Shown here one piece after another: positions 28,405 to 41,000 of a stretch of 64,000 nt of DNA. The stretch spans positions 2,046,001-2,110,000 of the forward strand of contig NC_088794.1 of NCBI RefSeq assembly GCF_011386835.1, written 5' to 3'. Every line of letters begins with the position of its first letter. Position 1 is the first letter of the stretch. Origin of the DNA: Chrysemys picta bellii (lineage: Eukaryota). The notes under the pieces are model-generated. The model had not been told where the DNA came from, did no database searches, and saw only the letters and a program-made list of their open reading frames with translations. A program made the translations under genes and the position numbers.

Positions 28405-31400
28405 TCAATCGCTCTCTGCGTCACTGCTGATCACGCCGCGGAGGCTGGACCAGTCCACTGGGTGCCGGGCTGGGGGGCCCCCGTCGGCAACTGGGGGGTC
28501 GGCCGGGGGAGTGCTGTACAGGCTCCAGATGTTCCGGCGCCGGGGACGGCCTGTGGGGAGGGTAGAGGAGGGTCAGCTCCAGAGGGGGGTCCCTGCTCCC
28601 GCCCCACACATCCCCCTGGATCCATCCCCCTTAACTCCAACCTGCAGCCCCATCTCCCGTCCCAGTGTTCCACCCCACTGCCAACTGCACCCCCAGACTG
28701 CTGCCCGGCCCCCCCCCGTCCCCCTCACCGTCCGAGGCGATGATGTTCCCTACGTCCAGCGCTGCCACCTCGGCTGCCTCTTCCCGGCGCAGCCGCAGCG
28801 CCCGGCACCGTTCCAGAGAGGGGTTCCCTGGGGGAATGGGGGGGTTACTGGGGGGCTCTCCCGGGGAGCCCCCTGCCCGTCCCAAACCCCTCCCCCAACT
28901 CACTCCAGGGGCCCCCTTCCCTGTACCCTCAACCCCCCTCCTTGCCCCATCTCCAACCCCCCCACCCTGCCCGCCCCCTCCAGCCCCCTGCCCCCATCCC
29001 CCCCCCCTCACCCTGCAGCCCAATGGCCTCCAGCTCCCGGCGCAAGACCCCGACCCGCTGCTTGACGGAGCGACACCCGGCCAGCAGCTTCCTGTAGTTC
29101 CGCCGCACGCCACAGGCCAGGATGTAGCGCTTCAGCCGCCGCACCGCCGGGTGCTCCTCCGCCGGGCCGGCCCCCCCGCTGCCTGGCGCCTGGGGGTGGG
29201 GACAGGTTAGGGACCGCCCCAAGGGGAGGGGCTACAGAAAAACCGCGCTTCGTGGGAAAATCAAACGAAATTTTCCCGGGCTCAGCTGGGGGGTGGGGGT
29301 GAGTTCCTTTAAAACCTTGTGGGTGGGTTGTTTTTTCTAACCCCCCCTCCCCCGCCATTCTCGGACGTTTTCCACTGGACAACGGAAATTAATGTCAGAA
29401 AAGTTCAGCGCTCGATGGCTTTCCTGACCCCGACTCCTGGTTTGGTTTGTTTTTTTAAATACAAACATTTCCCTTAGGGAAAATCCTAATTCCTGCAGCA
29501 AAATTTCATTTGACGATGTCCAATTTTCTAACTTTAAAAAATAGTTTCCGCTGGGAAAAAATATAATAAAAATTCAGTTCCGTTTATTTTTCCCTTCTCT
29601 CTCCCCCGCCCCCTCTTTTAAATTGCACTGGGAAAAACCTGCATTTAATAAAATTTCAGTTCATGTTTTCTCATTCCTGACTTTTAAAATAATTTTTTCC
29701 AGAGGAAAAAAATTTTTAGTGCAATTTCTGTTCAGAATTCCTTTCCCCTGAATTTTAAAACCATTTTTCCACCTGGGGGACAAGTGTGAATCACATAGCA
29801 ACATTTCAGTTCTCAATTTCTCTTTTCTCTGTCTACAAAAAGTTTCCACTGGGGGGGGGGGGGGGGACACACACACAAAAATTCACACAGCAAAATTTCG
29901 TAGATCAGGTTTTTTTCCTTTTCTCCGACTTTTAAAATTAATTTGCCAGGAGAAAAGAAAATTAATTGAGTACAATTTCAGTTCCCAATTCCTTTTTCCT
30001 GAATTTTAAAACATTTTTTCCACTGGGGGAAAAAAATGAATGTAGCAAAAATTTAATTCCATAATTTGTCCTTTTTTTCTAACTTTTAAAACAATTTTCC
30101 ACTGGGAAAATAGTGAGAACTGAAATTTTTCTACAATTTCTCGTTCGCTTTCTCCAGCTTAAAAAAAAAAGTCCACCAAAAAAAAAAAAATCCATGCAAT
30201 AACTTTACAACTTTTCACGACTTTTATATATTTTTTTTCCTGGAGAAAGAATGTATTTAGTGCAATTTCAGTCCTCGATCCTTTCCCCCCAGTTGTCAGA
30301 CACATTTTTCATGGGAAAAATAATTAATGGAGCCAGAATTTCATTTCACAATTTCTTGGGGGTTTTGGAAATTTTAAAAATTTTCCACTGGAAAAAACAA
30401 AGTATGAAAATTTCTGTTCAATTTTTTTGTTCCTTTTTGCATTAGGAGAAAAAAGGGATTGAATCGAATTTCAGTTCACGTTTCCTCGCTTAGGACATTT
30501 AAAACAATTTTGCCAGGAGAAAAAAATTCATTCAGTGCAATTACAGTTGGTAATTCCTTTTAGTAGGTGCCTTTGGGTAGCCGACCCGGACGCCTGGGTC
30601 CCATTTTCCATTCCGGCCTATGGGGGCACTGCAGGACCCCTTCGGGAGCCGTCCCGGACGCCTGGTTCCCACTCCCCATTCCGGGCTCTGAGGACACTGC
30701 AGGACCCCTTCGGGACGCCCGGACCCCACTCCCCATCCTGGGCGCTGGAAGCGCTGCAGGACCCCCTTCGGGAGCCGTCCTGGACGCCTGGGTCCCATTC
30801 CCCCCCCTCACCTTTCCCTTCTTGCGCCGGAAGCCTGGGTTGGGGCTGTTGTTCTCATCCTGTGCGGAGGAGGAGGATGAAGAGTCGTCGTCGTCTGTCT
30901 CAGAGCTGCCCCTCTGCCTCGCCTGCACCTTCCCCTCCTCTTCCTCGCTCTCGCTGCCCCGCTTGGCCTTCCTCCTTCCTCTTTCCCCGTCCCCTTCCTG
31001 CTCCCACCCTCCTCCTCCTCACTCTCGCTGCCCCGCTCGGCCTTCCTCCTTCCCATCTTCCCCGTCCCCTTCCTGCTCTCACCCTCCTCCTCCTCACTCT
31101 CGCTGCCCCGCTCGGCCTTCCTCCTTCCCATCTTCCCCGTCCCCTTCCTGCTCCCACCCTCCTCCTCCTCGCTCTCGCTGCCCCGCTCGGCCTTCCTCCT
31201 TCCCATCTTCCCCGTCCCCTTCCTGCTCCCACCGTCCTCCTCCTCACTCCCCGATTCCTCCTCACTCTGGGCCTTCGTCGTCCTCTTCTTCCTCTCCAGC
31301 TCCGCCTCCTTCATTCCGGCTTCCTGCTCCTACCCTCCTCGCTCCCCCAATTCCTCCCACTTCTGAGCCTTTGTCTTCTTCTTGCTGCCCACTTCCTCAG

Positions 31401-33591
31401 CCTCGCTATCACTCCTCCGCTCAGCCTCCTTCGTTCCCTTCTTCCCTGCCGCTTCCGGCTCCTACCCTCCTCTGACTCGCTCCTTGATTCCTCCTCTCTC
31501 TGAGCCTTTGTCCTCTTCTCCTTGTTCTCTTCCTCCTCACTATCACTCCATCTCCCTGCCTTCCTCATTCTCTTCTTCCCTGCCCCTTTTCTGCTCTGAC
31601 ACTCCTTCTCGTTCACCTCAGAGTCGCTCCCCACTTCCGTCCCCTGAGCCTTCATCCTTCCCTTTTTCTTGCTGTCCCCCCTCCTCCTCGCTATCACTCC
31701 TCCGCTTGGTCTTCCCTGTCTGCTTCTGCCGCTCACACTCCTCCTCCTCCACTGCCGATTCACTCCCCGATTCCTCCTGCGTCTGAGCTGTGATCCCCCC
31801 ATTCGCTTTCCCCTTCTGCTCCCCACAGTCACCCCTCCGCTCTGCCTCTCTCGCTCGCTTCTTCCCCGGCCGGCCCTGCGCCTCGGCTCCCTCTGCTCTC
31901 CTCCTCGGGGGCTGCTTCGTTCCCTCGCTGCCGGCCGCCCATTCGGAGTCGCGCTCTCTGCCGGCGCCACCCCGGTCTGGTGTCTCCTCTGCCCCAGAGT
32001 CCCCCTCGTCCTCACACGATCCCGTGTGCCCGGATTTCCCGGCATCCTCCTGGCCAGGAGCCAGTTTCGGCTTCCTCGAATCAATCCCAGAATCCTCCTC
32101 ATCAGAACTGGCCTCTGGAAACCAGACGGGGAAGAAGTTAACCAGAGCTGGGACGCGGGGGCTGGGCACAGGAGGATCCCTCGCCCGGTGCTGGGACGCG
32201 GCCCCTCTGGGGTGGGGGGGCTGGGCACACGGGGGACCCCCACTGGGCGCTGGGACGTGGCCCCTCTGGGGGTGTGGGGGGGCACCTGCTCACCAGAACC
32301 CTGATCCAGTCGCTGTTTCTTTCTCGCCATGTCCTTGGGGCCCCCCCGCGACGAGTCGGAGCCGCTGCGGGGGTCGCTTCTCAGCCCCGACGTCAGGGGC
32401 GTCCCGGGCGCTCTCGGGGTTCGGGGACCCCCCGTCGGAACTGGAATCATCCAGCTGCTGGCACAGGCCAATGAGGTTACAACAGGAACCCGCCCCCGCC
32501 GAGCCCCCCCCCCACTTCCCCGCCGTCCCCCCCCCTCTCCCCGCGCCCCCCACTTCACCTCCCCGCCCCCCCCTCACCTGCATTCTCAGCAGCTCCTCCT
32601 CCACCAGCTGCTTGAGCAGCTCCTTCTCCTCCCCGCACCAGGCTCTGCCGGCCCACGTGGGCCAGGTACCTGCTCCGCACCATGGCCAGCGTCAGCACAC
32701 TGCGGGCACAGGGCACGGGATTAGAGAACCCAGGAGTCCGGGCGCCGCCCCCCGCTCCGACCCACCGAACCCCTTCCCGCCCAGAGAACCCAGGAGTCCG
32801 GGCGCCGGCCCCCCGCTCTAACCCACCAAACCCCTTCCCACCCAGAGAACCCAGGAGTCCGGGCGCCGCCCCCGTCCTCTCACCCACCGAACCCCTTCCC
32901 GCCCAGACAACCCAGGAGTCCGGGCGCCGCCCCCCGCTCCAACCCACTGAACCCCTTCCCGCCCAGAGAACCCAGGAGTCCGGGCGCCGCCCCCCGTCCT
33001 CTCACCCACCGAACCCCTTCCCGCCCAGAGAACCCAGGAGTCCGGGCGCCGCACCCGTCCTCTCACCCACTGAACCCCTTCCCGCCCAGAGAACCCAGGA
33101 GTCCGGGCGCCCGGCCCCCCCCCAACCCCACCGAACCCCTTCCCGCCCAGAGAACCCAGGAGTCCGGGCGCCGGCCCCCGCTCCGACCCACCGAACCCCT
33201 TCCCGCCCAGAGAACCCAGGAGTCCGGGCGCCGGCCCCCCGCTCTAACCCACCGAACCCCTTCCCGCCCAGAGAACCCAGGAGTCCGGGCGCCGGCCCCC
33301 CGCAACCCACCGAACCCCTTCCCGCCCAGAGAACCCAGAAGTCCGGGCACCGCCCCCCCCAACCCACCGAACCCCTTCCCGCCCAGAGAACCAGAAGTCC
33401 GGGCGCCGGCCCCCCCCAACCCACCGAACCCCTTCCCGCCCAGAGAACCCAGGAGTCCGGGCTCCCACAATCCTTTGCTCCCCCTACCAGCCCCAGGGAA
33501 CCCAGGTGTCCCGGGCCCGGGGGCACCTGAGGTCCGGGCTGCCCTGGAAGAGCCCGCGAGTGAAGTCCCGCATCTCCTGCTCCGCAGCCAT
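28405..33591 (-). CDS. HIRIP3: HIRA-interacting protein 3 (histone chaperone); apparent frameshifts in this assembly
   Basis: Exons 33591-33527 (MAAEQEMRDFTRGLFQGSPDL), 32699-32578, 32454/7-32294, 32114-30812 (acidic/basic low complexity), 29189-29012 (EHPAVRRLKRYILACGVRRNYRKLL), 28827-28729 (PSLERCRALRLRREEAAEVAALDVGNII) and 28550-28405 (DWSSLRGVISSDAESD-stop). +1 homopolymer shifts at 32631-32634 and 32369-32373, and more in exon 4. Minus-strand AATAAA at 27862-27867. Confidence 0.92.
29385..30545. repeat. AT-rich degenerate tandem repeat (about 65-70 bp) in HIRIP3 intron 4
   Basis: Recurring AATTTCAGTTC...CCTGAMTTTTAAAA...TTTTCCACTGGRAAAA; abrupt AT-rich island in GC-rich DNA. Confidence 0.75.
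32722..33462. repeat. Minisatellite family B array (AGAACCCAGGAGTCC core) in HIRIP3 intron 1
   Basis: Tandem units of about 58 bp. The same core recurs at 34650-34900, 35150-35440, 36755-36930, 42050-42312, 47035-47575, 49290-49700, 54910-55062, 55930-56105, 56490-56800 and 61680-61835. Confidence 0.95.
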
Positions 33592-33644
33592 CGCCCCGCT
33601 GCGTCTTTCCCGCCTGCGGAGCCCGTCCGGCCGCCGTAGCGCGG

Positions 33645-34051
33645 GGCTGATGGGAGGTGTGGCGCTGCCTGGGAACGGGCCAATGGGGAGCGGGGGGGGG
33701 GCGCAGGGGCTGATGGGAGGTGTGGCACTGCCTGGGAACGGGCCAATGGGGAGCGGGGGACGCAGGGGCTGATGGGAGGTGTGGCGCTGCCCGGGAACGG
33801 GGCCAATGGGGAGCGGGGGGGGGGGGGGCGCAGGGGCTGACGGGAGGTGTGGCGCTGGCTGGTAATGGGCTAATGGGGAGCGGGGGGCGCAGGGGCTGAT
33901 GGGAGGTGTGGCGGTGCCTGGGAACGGGCCAATGGGGAGCGGGGGGCGCAGGGGCTGATGGGAGGTGTGGCGCTGCCCGGGAACGGGGCCAATGGGGAGC
34001 GGGGGGGGGGGGGGGGGCGCAGGGGCTGATGGGAGGTGTGGCGCTGCCCGG
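33645..34051. repeat. CCAAT-box-containing tandem repeat immediately upstream of the HIRIP3 ATG
   Basis: Units GGGGCTGATGGGAGGTGTGGCGCTGCCCGGGAACGGG(G)CCAATGGGGAGCGGGGGG, running into the assembly gap. Confidence 0.85.
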
Positions 34052-34551
34052 NNNNNNNNNNNNNNNNNNNNNNNNNNNNNNNNNNNNNNNNNNNNNNNNN
34101 NNNNNNNNNNNNNNNNNNNNNNNNNNNNNNNNNNNNNNNNNNNNNNNNNNNNNNNNNNNNNNNNNNNNNNNNNNNNNNNNNNNNNNNNNNNNNNNNNNNN
34201 NNNNNNNNNNNNNNNNNNNNNNNNNNNNNNNNNNNNNNNNNNNNNNNNNNNNNNNNNNNNNNNNNNNNNNNNNNNNNNNNNNNNNNNNNNNNNNNNNNNN
34301 NNNNNNNNNNNNNNNNNNNNNNNNNNNNNNNNNNNNNNNNNNNNNNNNNNNNNNNNNNNNNNNNNNNNNNNNNNNNNNNNNNNNNNNNNNNNNNNNNNNN
34401 NNNNNNNNNNNNNNNNNNNNNNNNNNNNNNNNNNNNNNNNNNNNNNNNNNNNNNNNNNNNNNNNNNNNNNNNNNNNNNNNNNNNNNNNNNNNNNNNNNNN
34501 NNNNNNNNNNNNNNNNNNNNNNNNNNNNNNNNNNNNNNNNNNNNNNNNNNN
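34052..34551. other. Assembly gap (500 N, placeholder size)
   Basis: Run of exactly 500 N. Confidence 1.
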
Positions 34552-36404
34552 GCAGAAAGTGGCCACACGATGGCGACAGACCCGAGAAAATGCGAACACA
34601 AGACGGGGCTGTTGGCACAGGCCTGACCTGGAGCCCCGGGAACAGCTCCCGAACCCAGGCGTCCGGGCCCCTCCCAGCCCCCCCCCCCCCCTAACCCACC
34701 AGCCCCGCTCCCCTCCCAGAGCCGGGAGAGAACCCAGGCGTCCGGGCTCCCAACCCCCCCCCCCCCCAACCCACCAGCCCCGCTCCCCTCCCAGAGCCGG
34801 GAGAGAACCCAGGCGTCCGGGCTCCCAACCCCCCCCCCCCCCAACCCACCAGCCCCGCTCCCCTCCCAGAGCCGGGAGAGAACCCAGGCGTCCGGGTTTT
34901 CTGTGCCCAGCGACTCCCGGCTCCCCCCCCCCTCCCCTGACTCATCCCCTCGTCACAAAAGCCCCGAATTTAAGAATTTCCCTTTGGCAAAGGCCCGGCT
35001 CGCGCAGGCCAGGGAGTTAACCCTTTCCGAGCCGGCCCCCCTGGGCATGGCCCTGCCCCCCAACTGCCCCCGCCTCTGCGGGAGGGGGGGAGACCATCTC
35101 AGCTGGGAGCCGAACCAGCACGCCTGGGTTCTTTGCAAGGGGAGTGGGGGCTGGTGGTTTAGAGCAGGGGGGCTGGGAGCCCGGACTCCTGGGTTCTCTC
35201 CCTGGCTCTGGGAGGGGAGTGAGGGCTGGTGGGTTAGAGCAGGGGGGGGCTGGGAGCCCGGACGCCTGGGTTCTCTCTCCCTGACTCTGGGAAGGGAGTG
35301 GGGGCTGGTGGGTTAGAGCAGGGGGGGGGGGGCTGGAGGCCGGACGCCTGGGTTCTCTCCCTGACTCTGGGAAGGGAGTGGGGGCTGGTGGGTTAGAGCA
35401 GGGGGGGGCTGGGAGCCCGGACGCCTGGGTTCTCTCCCTGGCCGGACTGCGGCTGTTTCTATAAATAGCCCTTTTTCTCGATCTGTCTCATTCCTTCGCC
35501 CCGCTGGGTTTCTCCTGGGTTGCGTCAGGCCGGAGCATTCCTGCGGCGTGACGCGGCTCGGCCCGGCGGCCCCACGTCCCTGCTCCGCCCCCACCTCCTG
35601 CCTGGCACGGGTCGCGTCCTGCTGCGAGCTTCCCCCAGCAGTGCCCCCACACGGGTGTCTCCCCAGAGCGCTGCGAGCTTCCCCCCAGCAATGCCCTCCC
35701 CAGTGCTGTGCGCTTCCCCTCAGCAGTGCCCCACCCGGGGGTCTCCCCAAAGCGCCGCAAGCTTCCCGTCAGCAGTGCCTCCAGCCAGGGGGTCTCCCCA
35801 GAGTGCTTCGAGCTTCCCCCAGCAGTGCCCCCACCCGGGGGTCTCCCCAGAGTGCTGTGAGCTTCCCCCAGCAGTGTCCCCTCGGTGGAGGCTCCAACCT
35901 TTGGCACTTCCCTGCAACAGTGACCAGCCAAGGTGTTGGTGCTGCGAGCTTCCCCCCAGCAGTGCCCTCAGCTTCTTGGCTCCGGCTGGCTCCGGTCCTG
36001 GACTCCCAGGGCGGCTGAGTCACTGGAGGGGGAGGCTGGGGGGTGAAGCAATGGGTCAGGAATGCAGGAGCTGGTGGGGTGAAACTGAGCAGGGGGTGAG
36101 TCAGAGGTGGGGGGGATGGGAAGGAAGGAAGGAATGCAAAGTAGAAAGCGAGGGAGTGAGGCAGAGACTGCAAGGGAAGAGGGGGAATGGGAAAAAGACC
36201 GAGAGAGAGACCAGGAATGAGAAAGGAAGGGAAAGAATTGGAGTTTTTCCCAGGAGGGAAGAAGGGAATGAGAAAAGGAAGGAGAGAACGAAAGAAGGGA
36301 CCGAAGGATGAAGAGGAAGAAAGGGGTGAGAAATGGAGGGGCAGAGACAAAGGCCTCACCCCCTGCCCCCAGGGAGAGCCGGGGGAGGGGACACGGGGCT
36401 TTGC

Positions 36405-36419
36405 CCCTCTAGGGGGCGC
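36405..36419 (+). promoter_or_regulatory. CTCF-like motif CCCTCTAGGGGGCGC between HIRIP3 and the TNFRSF12A 3' end
   Basis: Near match to the CCASYAGRKGGCRS consensus; motif match only. Confidence 0.4.
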
Positions 36420-38060
36420 CGGCTCCGATCCAGTTCCAAGCTCAACGTTGAATTTCAAAATTAGAATTTTATTGTAATTCTCTTGAACCCGCAAAGTCCG
36501 ATTCCCTCGGGGCCAGGCGGGTTCTTACCCGAGCCGCACGTGAAACGCGGTTCGTGCCCACGACATAAATAGACACATGGGGGGGGGGACGGGGAATTTA
36601 GGTGGATGCCCCAAAAATGGCACCTCCAAACCCTGTCACTTCGGTGGCCCTGCCACCAGTGAAGCAGCTCATGGAAGACAGCAGGTGACTTATTCAGAGC
36701 TAGAAAAGGACCCGGACCCCCCCCCCTCACGATACAGCCCCCCCCCCCGAGAGCCGGGGAGAGAACCCAGGAGTCCTGGCTCCCAGCCCCCCTGCTCTCA
36801 CCCACCAGACCCCCCCCTCCCAGAGCTGGGGAGAGAACCCAGGAGTCCTGGCTCCCAGCCCCCCTGCTCTAACCCACCAGACTCCCCCCTCCCAGAGCTG
36901 GGGAGAGAACCCAGGAGTCCGGGCTCCCAGCCCCACCCCTGCTTTGAGAATTGAACTTTTCTCCATCACATTCACACTGTCCCTATATACAGATAATTCA
37001 CTCGTGTTCCAGGCCACAAACTGGTATTTCTGGGGTTGGGGAAAAAAGGGGGATTCTGGGGAGACACGGGGGGGCAGAGGGGATAGACTGGAGGGGATAA
37101 ATGCCCCCCCAGCAATACTGACCCCTTTAGATTTGTGCCCCCCCACAGGTTTTGAGGTACCATTGGTTGACCCCCCCCACATCCCGAGGTTAAAAAGTTT
37201 CTTGGTGTTATTGGGCCTGGAATAGAGAGTGTCTGATTTTGGGGGGCACCGATCGGGGGGGCAGCTCTACTCAAGATTTAAAGGTACCCTAGACTGCCTC
37301 TAGTCGACCCCAAATCTTCCGCTGGTGTGCTCCCCAAGGGACCCCACGTTCCTCGCCAGCAGCCCAAGATCTGAGCTTTAGGGTCACAGGGAGGTTCCCC
37401 CCTTCCTAAGCCGGGGAAGTGCAAATTTTCAATGCTTCCGGAGAGGCCCCAATATGGGGCATTAATGGGGAACCCCCCCCCAAAGCTGTGCAAAATAGAA
37501 CATCCCCTCCCGATTCCAAGAGTCCTTTTCGGGGAGCGGTGAAAATCAGGGTTCGGGGGGACGTTGGTCAAAGGCTGCTGACGGGGCTCCTGCACGATTC
37601 GAGGGTTAGTGGCTCCAATTCTGCCCCACGGGTGCCCAGACTGGATACGTCACCTGCCAGAGAGAGAGAACGAACGAATAAACCAACCTCACAGCTGGGC
37701 TAGCAGGGGCTGCGGGTCGGGAGTGAGGGGCACCGGCAGAGCTGGGGGGGCAGGGCTGGGCTAGCAGGGGCTGCGGGTCGGGAGTGAGGGGCACCGGCAG
37801 AGCTGGGGGGGGACAGGGCTGGGCTGGCAGGGGCTGTGGGTCGGGAGTGAGGAGCACCGGCAGAGCTGGGGGGCCAGGGCTGGGCTGGCAGGGGGCTGCG
37901 GGTCGGGAGTGAGGGGCACCGGCAGAGCTGGGGGGCCCAGGGCTGGGCTAGCAGGGCTGCGGGTCGGGAGTGAGGGGCACCGGCAGAGCTGGGGGGGGCA
38001 GGGCTGGGCTAGCAGGGGCTGCGGGTCGGGAGTGAGGGGCACCATGGATGTCTCTTACCA

Positions 38061-41000
38061 TCAATCTATCAGCGACTCTTCGCCCGAGTGGCCTCCAGTC
38101 TCTTCTATGGGGGCTGGAAAGGAAACGCCGGGACAGTTACTGGGGGTGTCGGGGAGGATGTGGGGGGGAGTCTGGGGAGGTCAGGGGGAAGAAATGGGGG
38201 AAGTTTGGGGGGCTCTGGGAGGCCCATGGGGAGAATCAGGGTGATGGGGGCAGAAGGAGAGAGGGGGATTGGGTCTGGGATTCGGGGAGAGGAAGATCCC
38301 AGGAGTGTGGGGGGGGTGGATGTGTGGGGCAGGGGATGGGGGTTCAGGGGTTTTTTGGGCCCAGGGTGGCTCTGGGACTCGGGGAGAGGAAGATCTGGGG
38401 GGCGGAGGACAGGGTGGATGTGGGGGGCAGGGGATGGGGGTTCAGAGTTTTTTGGGCCCAGGGTGGCTCTGGGATTTGGGGAGAGGAAGATCTGGGGGCC
38501 GGGGCAAGGGGTGGATGTGGGGGGCAGGGATGGGGGTTCAGGGAGTTTGGGGCCCAGGGTGGCTATGGGATTTGGGGAGAGGAAGATCTGGGGGCCAGGG
38601 CATGGGTTGGAAGTGGGGGGCAAGGGATGGGGATTCAGGGTGTTTGGGGCCCGGGGTGGCTCTGGGACTCGGGGAGAGGAAGATCTGGGGGACGGAGGAC
38701 AGGGTGGATGTGGGGGGCAGGAGATGGGGGTTCAGGGTGTTTGGGCCCAGGGTGGCTCTGGGACTCGGGGAGAGGAAGATCTGGGGGGTGGAGGACAGGG
38801 TGGATATGGGGGGCAGGGGATGGGGGTTCAGGGTGTTTGGGGCCCGGGGTGGCTCTGGGATTTGGGGGGGGGGCGGGTCACTCACTGGTGAATTTCTCCC
38901 TCTTGCGGCAGCGGGCCCATAGCAGCGCCCCCCCCACCAGGCCGAGCACAGCGACTCCCCCTACGGCGCCCCCCACGGCCAGCCACAGCCAGGCATCCTG
39001 GGGCTGGGGTTCGCCACCTGGGGGCAGAGAGGAGAGAGCTGGGTTAATAGGGGGAGCGGCATCCCAGCGCCTCCACTGGCCCCCGAGTCACCCCAGAGCG
39101 GCCACCACCCAGAGCCTCCCCAAGAATCCCCCTCCACTCAGCCCCACACCCCAACGCCCCCTCCCACCATCCTGGAGACCCCCCTCCTGCCTCCGTCCAC
39201 CCCCCAGATCCACCCTCTGCCCCCCACCACCTTGGCCAGAGCCCCAGTGCATTGTGGGTGTTGGGTGGGGACGGGACGTACACGTGGCGCAGAAAATCGT
39301 TTTTCGTGCGCTGGAGGCAGATGGTGCAGTCCATGCACTTGTCCAGGTCGGGGCTCCAGGACTGCCCCCCGGGCAGGAGGGACCTGTGCGGGTGGGGGGG
39401 AGAAGGGAACAAGGGACCAGGGGACGGAAGAATGAATAAACCCCAGTGAAAGAGGGGAAGGAGGGAAGGGAAAAGCAGAGACACGAAAGCAAACGACAGC
39501 GGGAACCAGCGAAGGAAGGTGAAAGGCACGCAAGGAACAAAGGGACCAGCAGAAAAGGAGGAATAACCCCCCACCCCGAGCAGGCGAAAGACGGGGTGGG
39601 GGTAGAGAGGGAGAAAGGAGGAATGGGGAAAGGGGGAGAAATGGAAGGAGAGAGGCAGAAGGGAGGGAGGGGAGCGACGGGAAGGAGAAAAGAGAGAAAA
39701 CAGAAAGTTAAAATCTGTGAAAGGTATAAACCTGACCAGGGACCCTGTAACTTCGATGCCCCCAGGCTCCCCCCGTGGGCTCTGATCCCCCCCCCATGAC
39801 GAGGGGCCTATTTCCAGCTGGTGTACGTCAGGGGCAGATGGAGCCGGGGGTCACATTTCACCCCGAAACCCAACCCCTGCAGTGCCAGGTTAGCAGGGCA
39901 GGGGCTGCGGGTCGGGAGTGAGGGGCACCGGCAGAGCTGGGGGGGGCAGGGCTGGGCTGGCAGGGGCTGCGGGTCGGGAGTGAGGGGCGCCGGCAGAGCT
40001 GGGGGGGCAGGGCTGGGCTAGCAGGGGCTGCGGATCGGGGAGTGAGGGGCACCGGCAGAGCTGGGGGGGGCAGGGCTGGGCTAGCAGGGGCTGCGGGTCA
40101 GGAGTGAGGGGGCACGGGCAGAGCTGGGGGGGGGCAGGGCTGGGCTAGCAGGGGCTGCGGGTCGGGAGGAGTGAGGGGCACCGGCAGAGCTGGGGGGGGC
40201 AGGGCTGGGCTAGCAGGGGCTGCGGGTCGGGAAGTGAGGGCACCGGCAGAGCGGGGGGGCAGGGCTGGGCTCGCAGGGCTGCGGGTCGGGAGTGAGGGGC
40301 ACCGGCAGAGCTGGGGGGGGAGGCAGGGCTGGGCTGGCAGGGGCTGCGGGTCGGGAGTGAGGGGCACCGGCAGAGCTGGGGGGGGGGGCAGGGCTGGGCT
40401 CGCAGGGGCTGTGGGTCGGGAGTGAGGGGCACGGGCAGAGCTGGGGGGGGCCCAGGCCTGGTGCTGGCAGGGGCTGCGGGGTCGGGAAGTGAGGGGCACC
40501 GGCAGGGCTGGGGGGGATCTTCTGGAGAGGTCACCTTCTGGGTGGGGGAGGATAATTGAGGGTTCATGGGGCAGACACTGAGGGGCGGGGCTCAGAGCGG
40601 GGGGCAGACAGTTTTGCAGACACGGGGGATCCGATCTTGGGGTGTACGGGGGGTGGGGGGATTTGGGGGAGCAGCAGAATTGTTTCGGGGGAGGGAATTT
40701 GGGCGGATTGGGGGGCAGCGGATCCTGGGGGTCTGGGCGGCCGTGGGGGATGGGGGGGTGCAAGGGGCAGAATGTGTCCCCCCCCCCGGACAATCCGGAA
40801 TTGCTCATTAGCCCCTCCCCCATCTGATGTCACGTCACGAGCCCGGTGACTCACCCCCCGCCCCCACCCCCCGGCATATCCCATGAATGAAATCACCGGC
40901 CCCGCCCCCTGCCGCGCACGTGGAGGGGCTGCAGGGAATCGGGGGGTCCCCAGGCCCCGCCCCCTCCCCTAGGCCCCGCCTTCGGGAAGGAGCGATTTGG

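Noticed and set aside
28405-33591. HIRIP3, SEZ6L2 or TNFRSF12A as pseudogenes
   Set aside because: Located lesions are single-base homopolymer length changes (HIRIP3 exon 4 shifts not pinpointed), with intact splice sites and conserved peptides; assembly error is more likely.
33002-35020. ORFs of 196-538 aa spanning X runs
   Set aside because: Artefacts of reading through the 500-N gap.
34552-36400. INO80E expected head-to-head with HIRIP3
   Set aside because: No YKKKYRNLKRKLK-like peptide in any frame; the short ORF MATDPRKCEHK... has no recognisable similarity.
37580-37653. Exon at 37653 as the coding last exon of TNFRSF12A
   Set aside because: 38113-38061 gives the conserved TPIEETGG tail and stop; the 37653 exon is better read as UTR.
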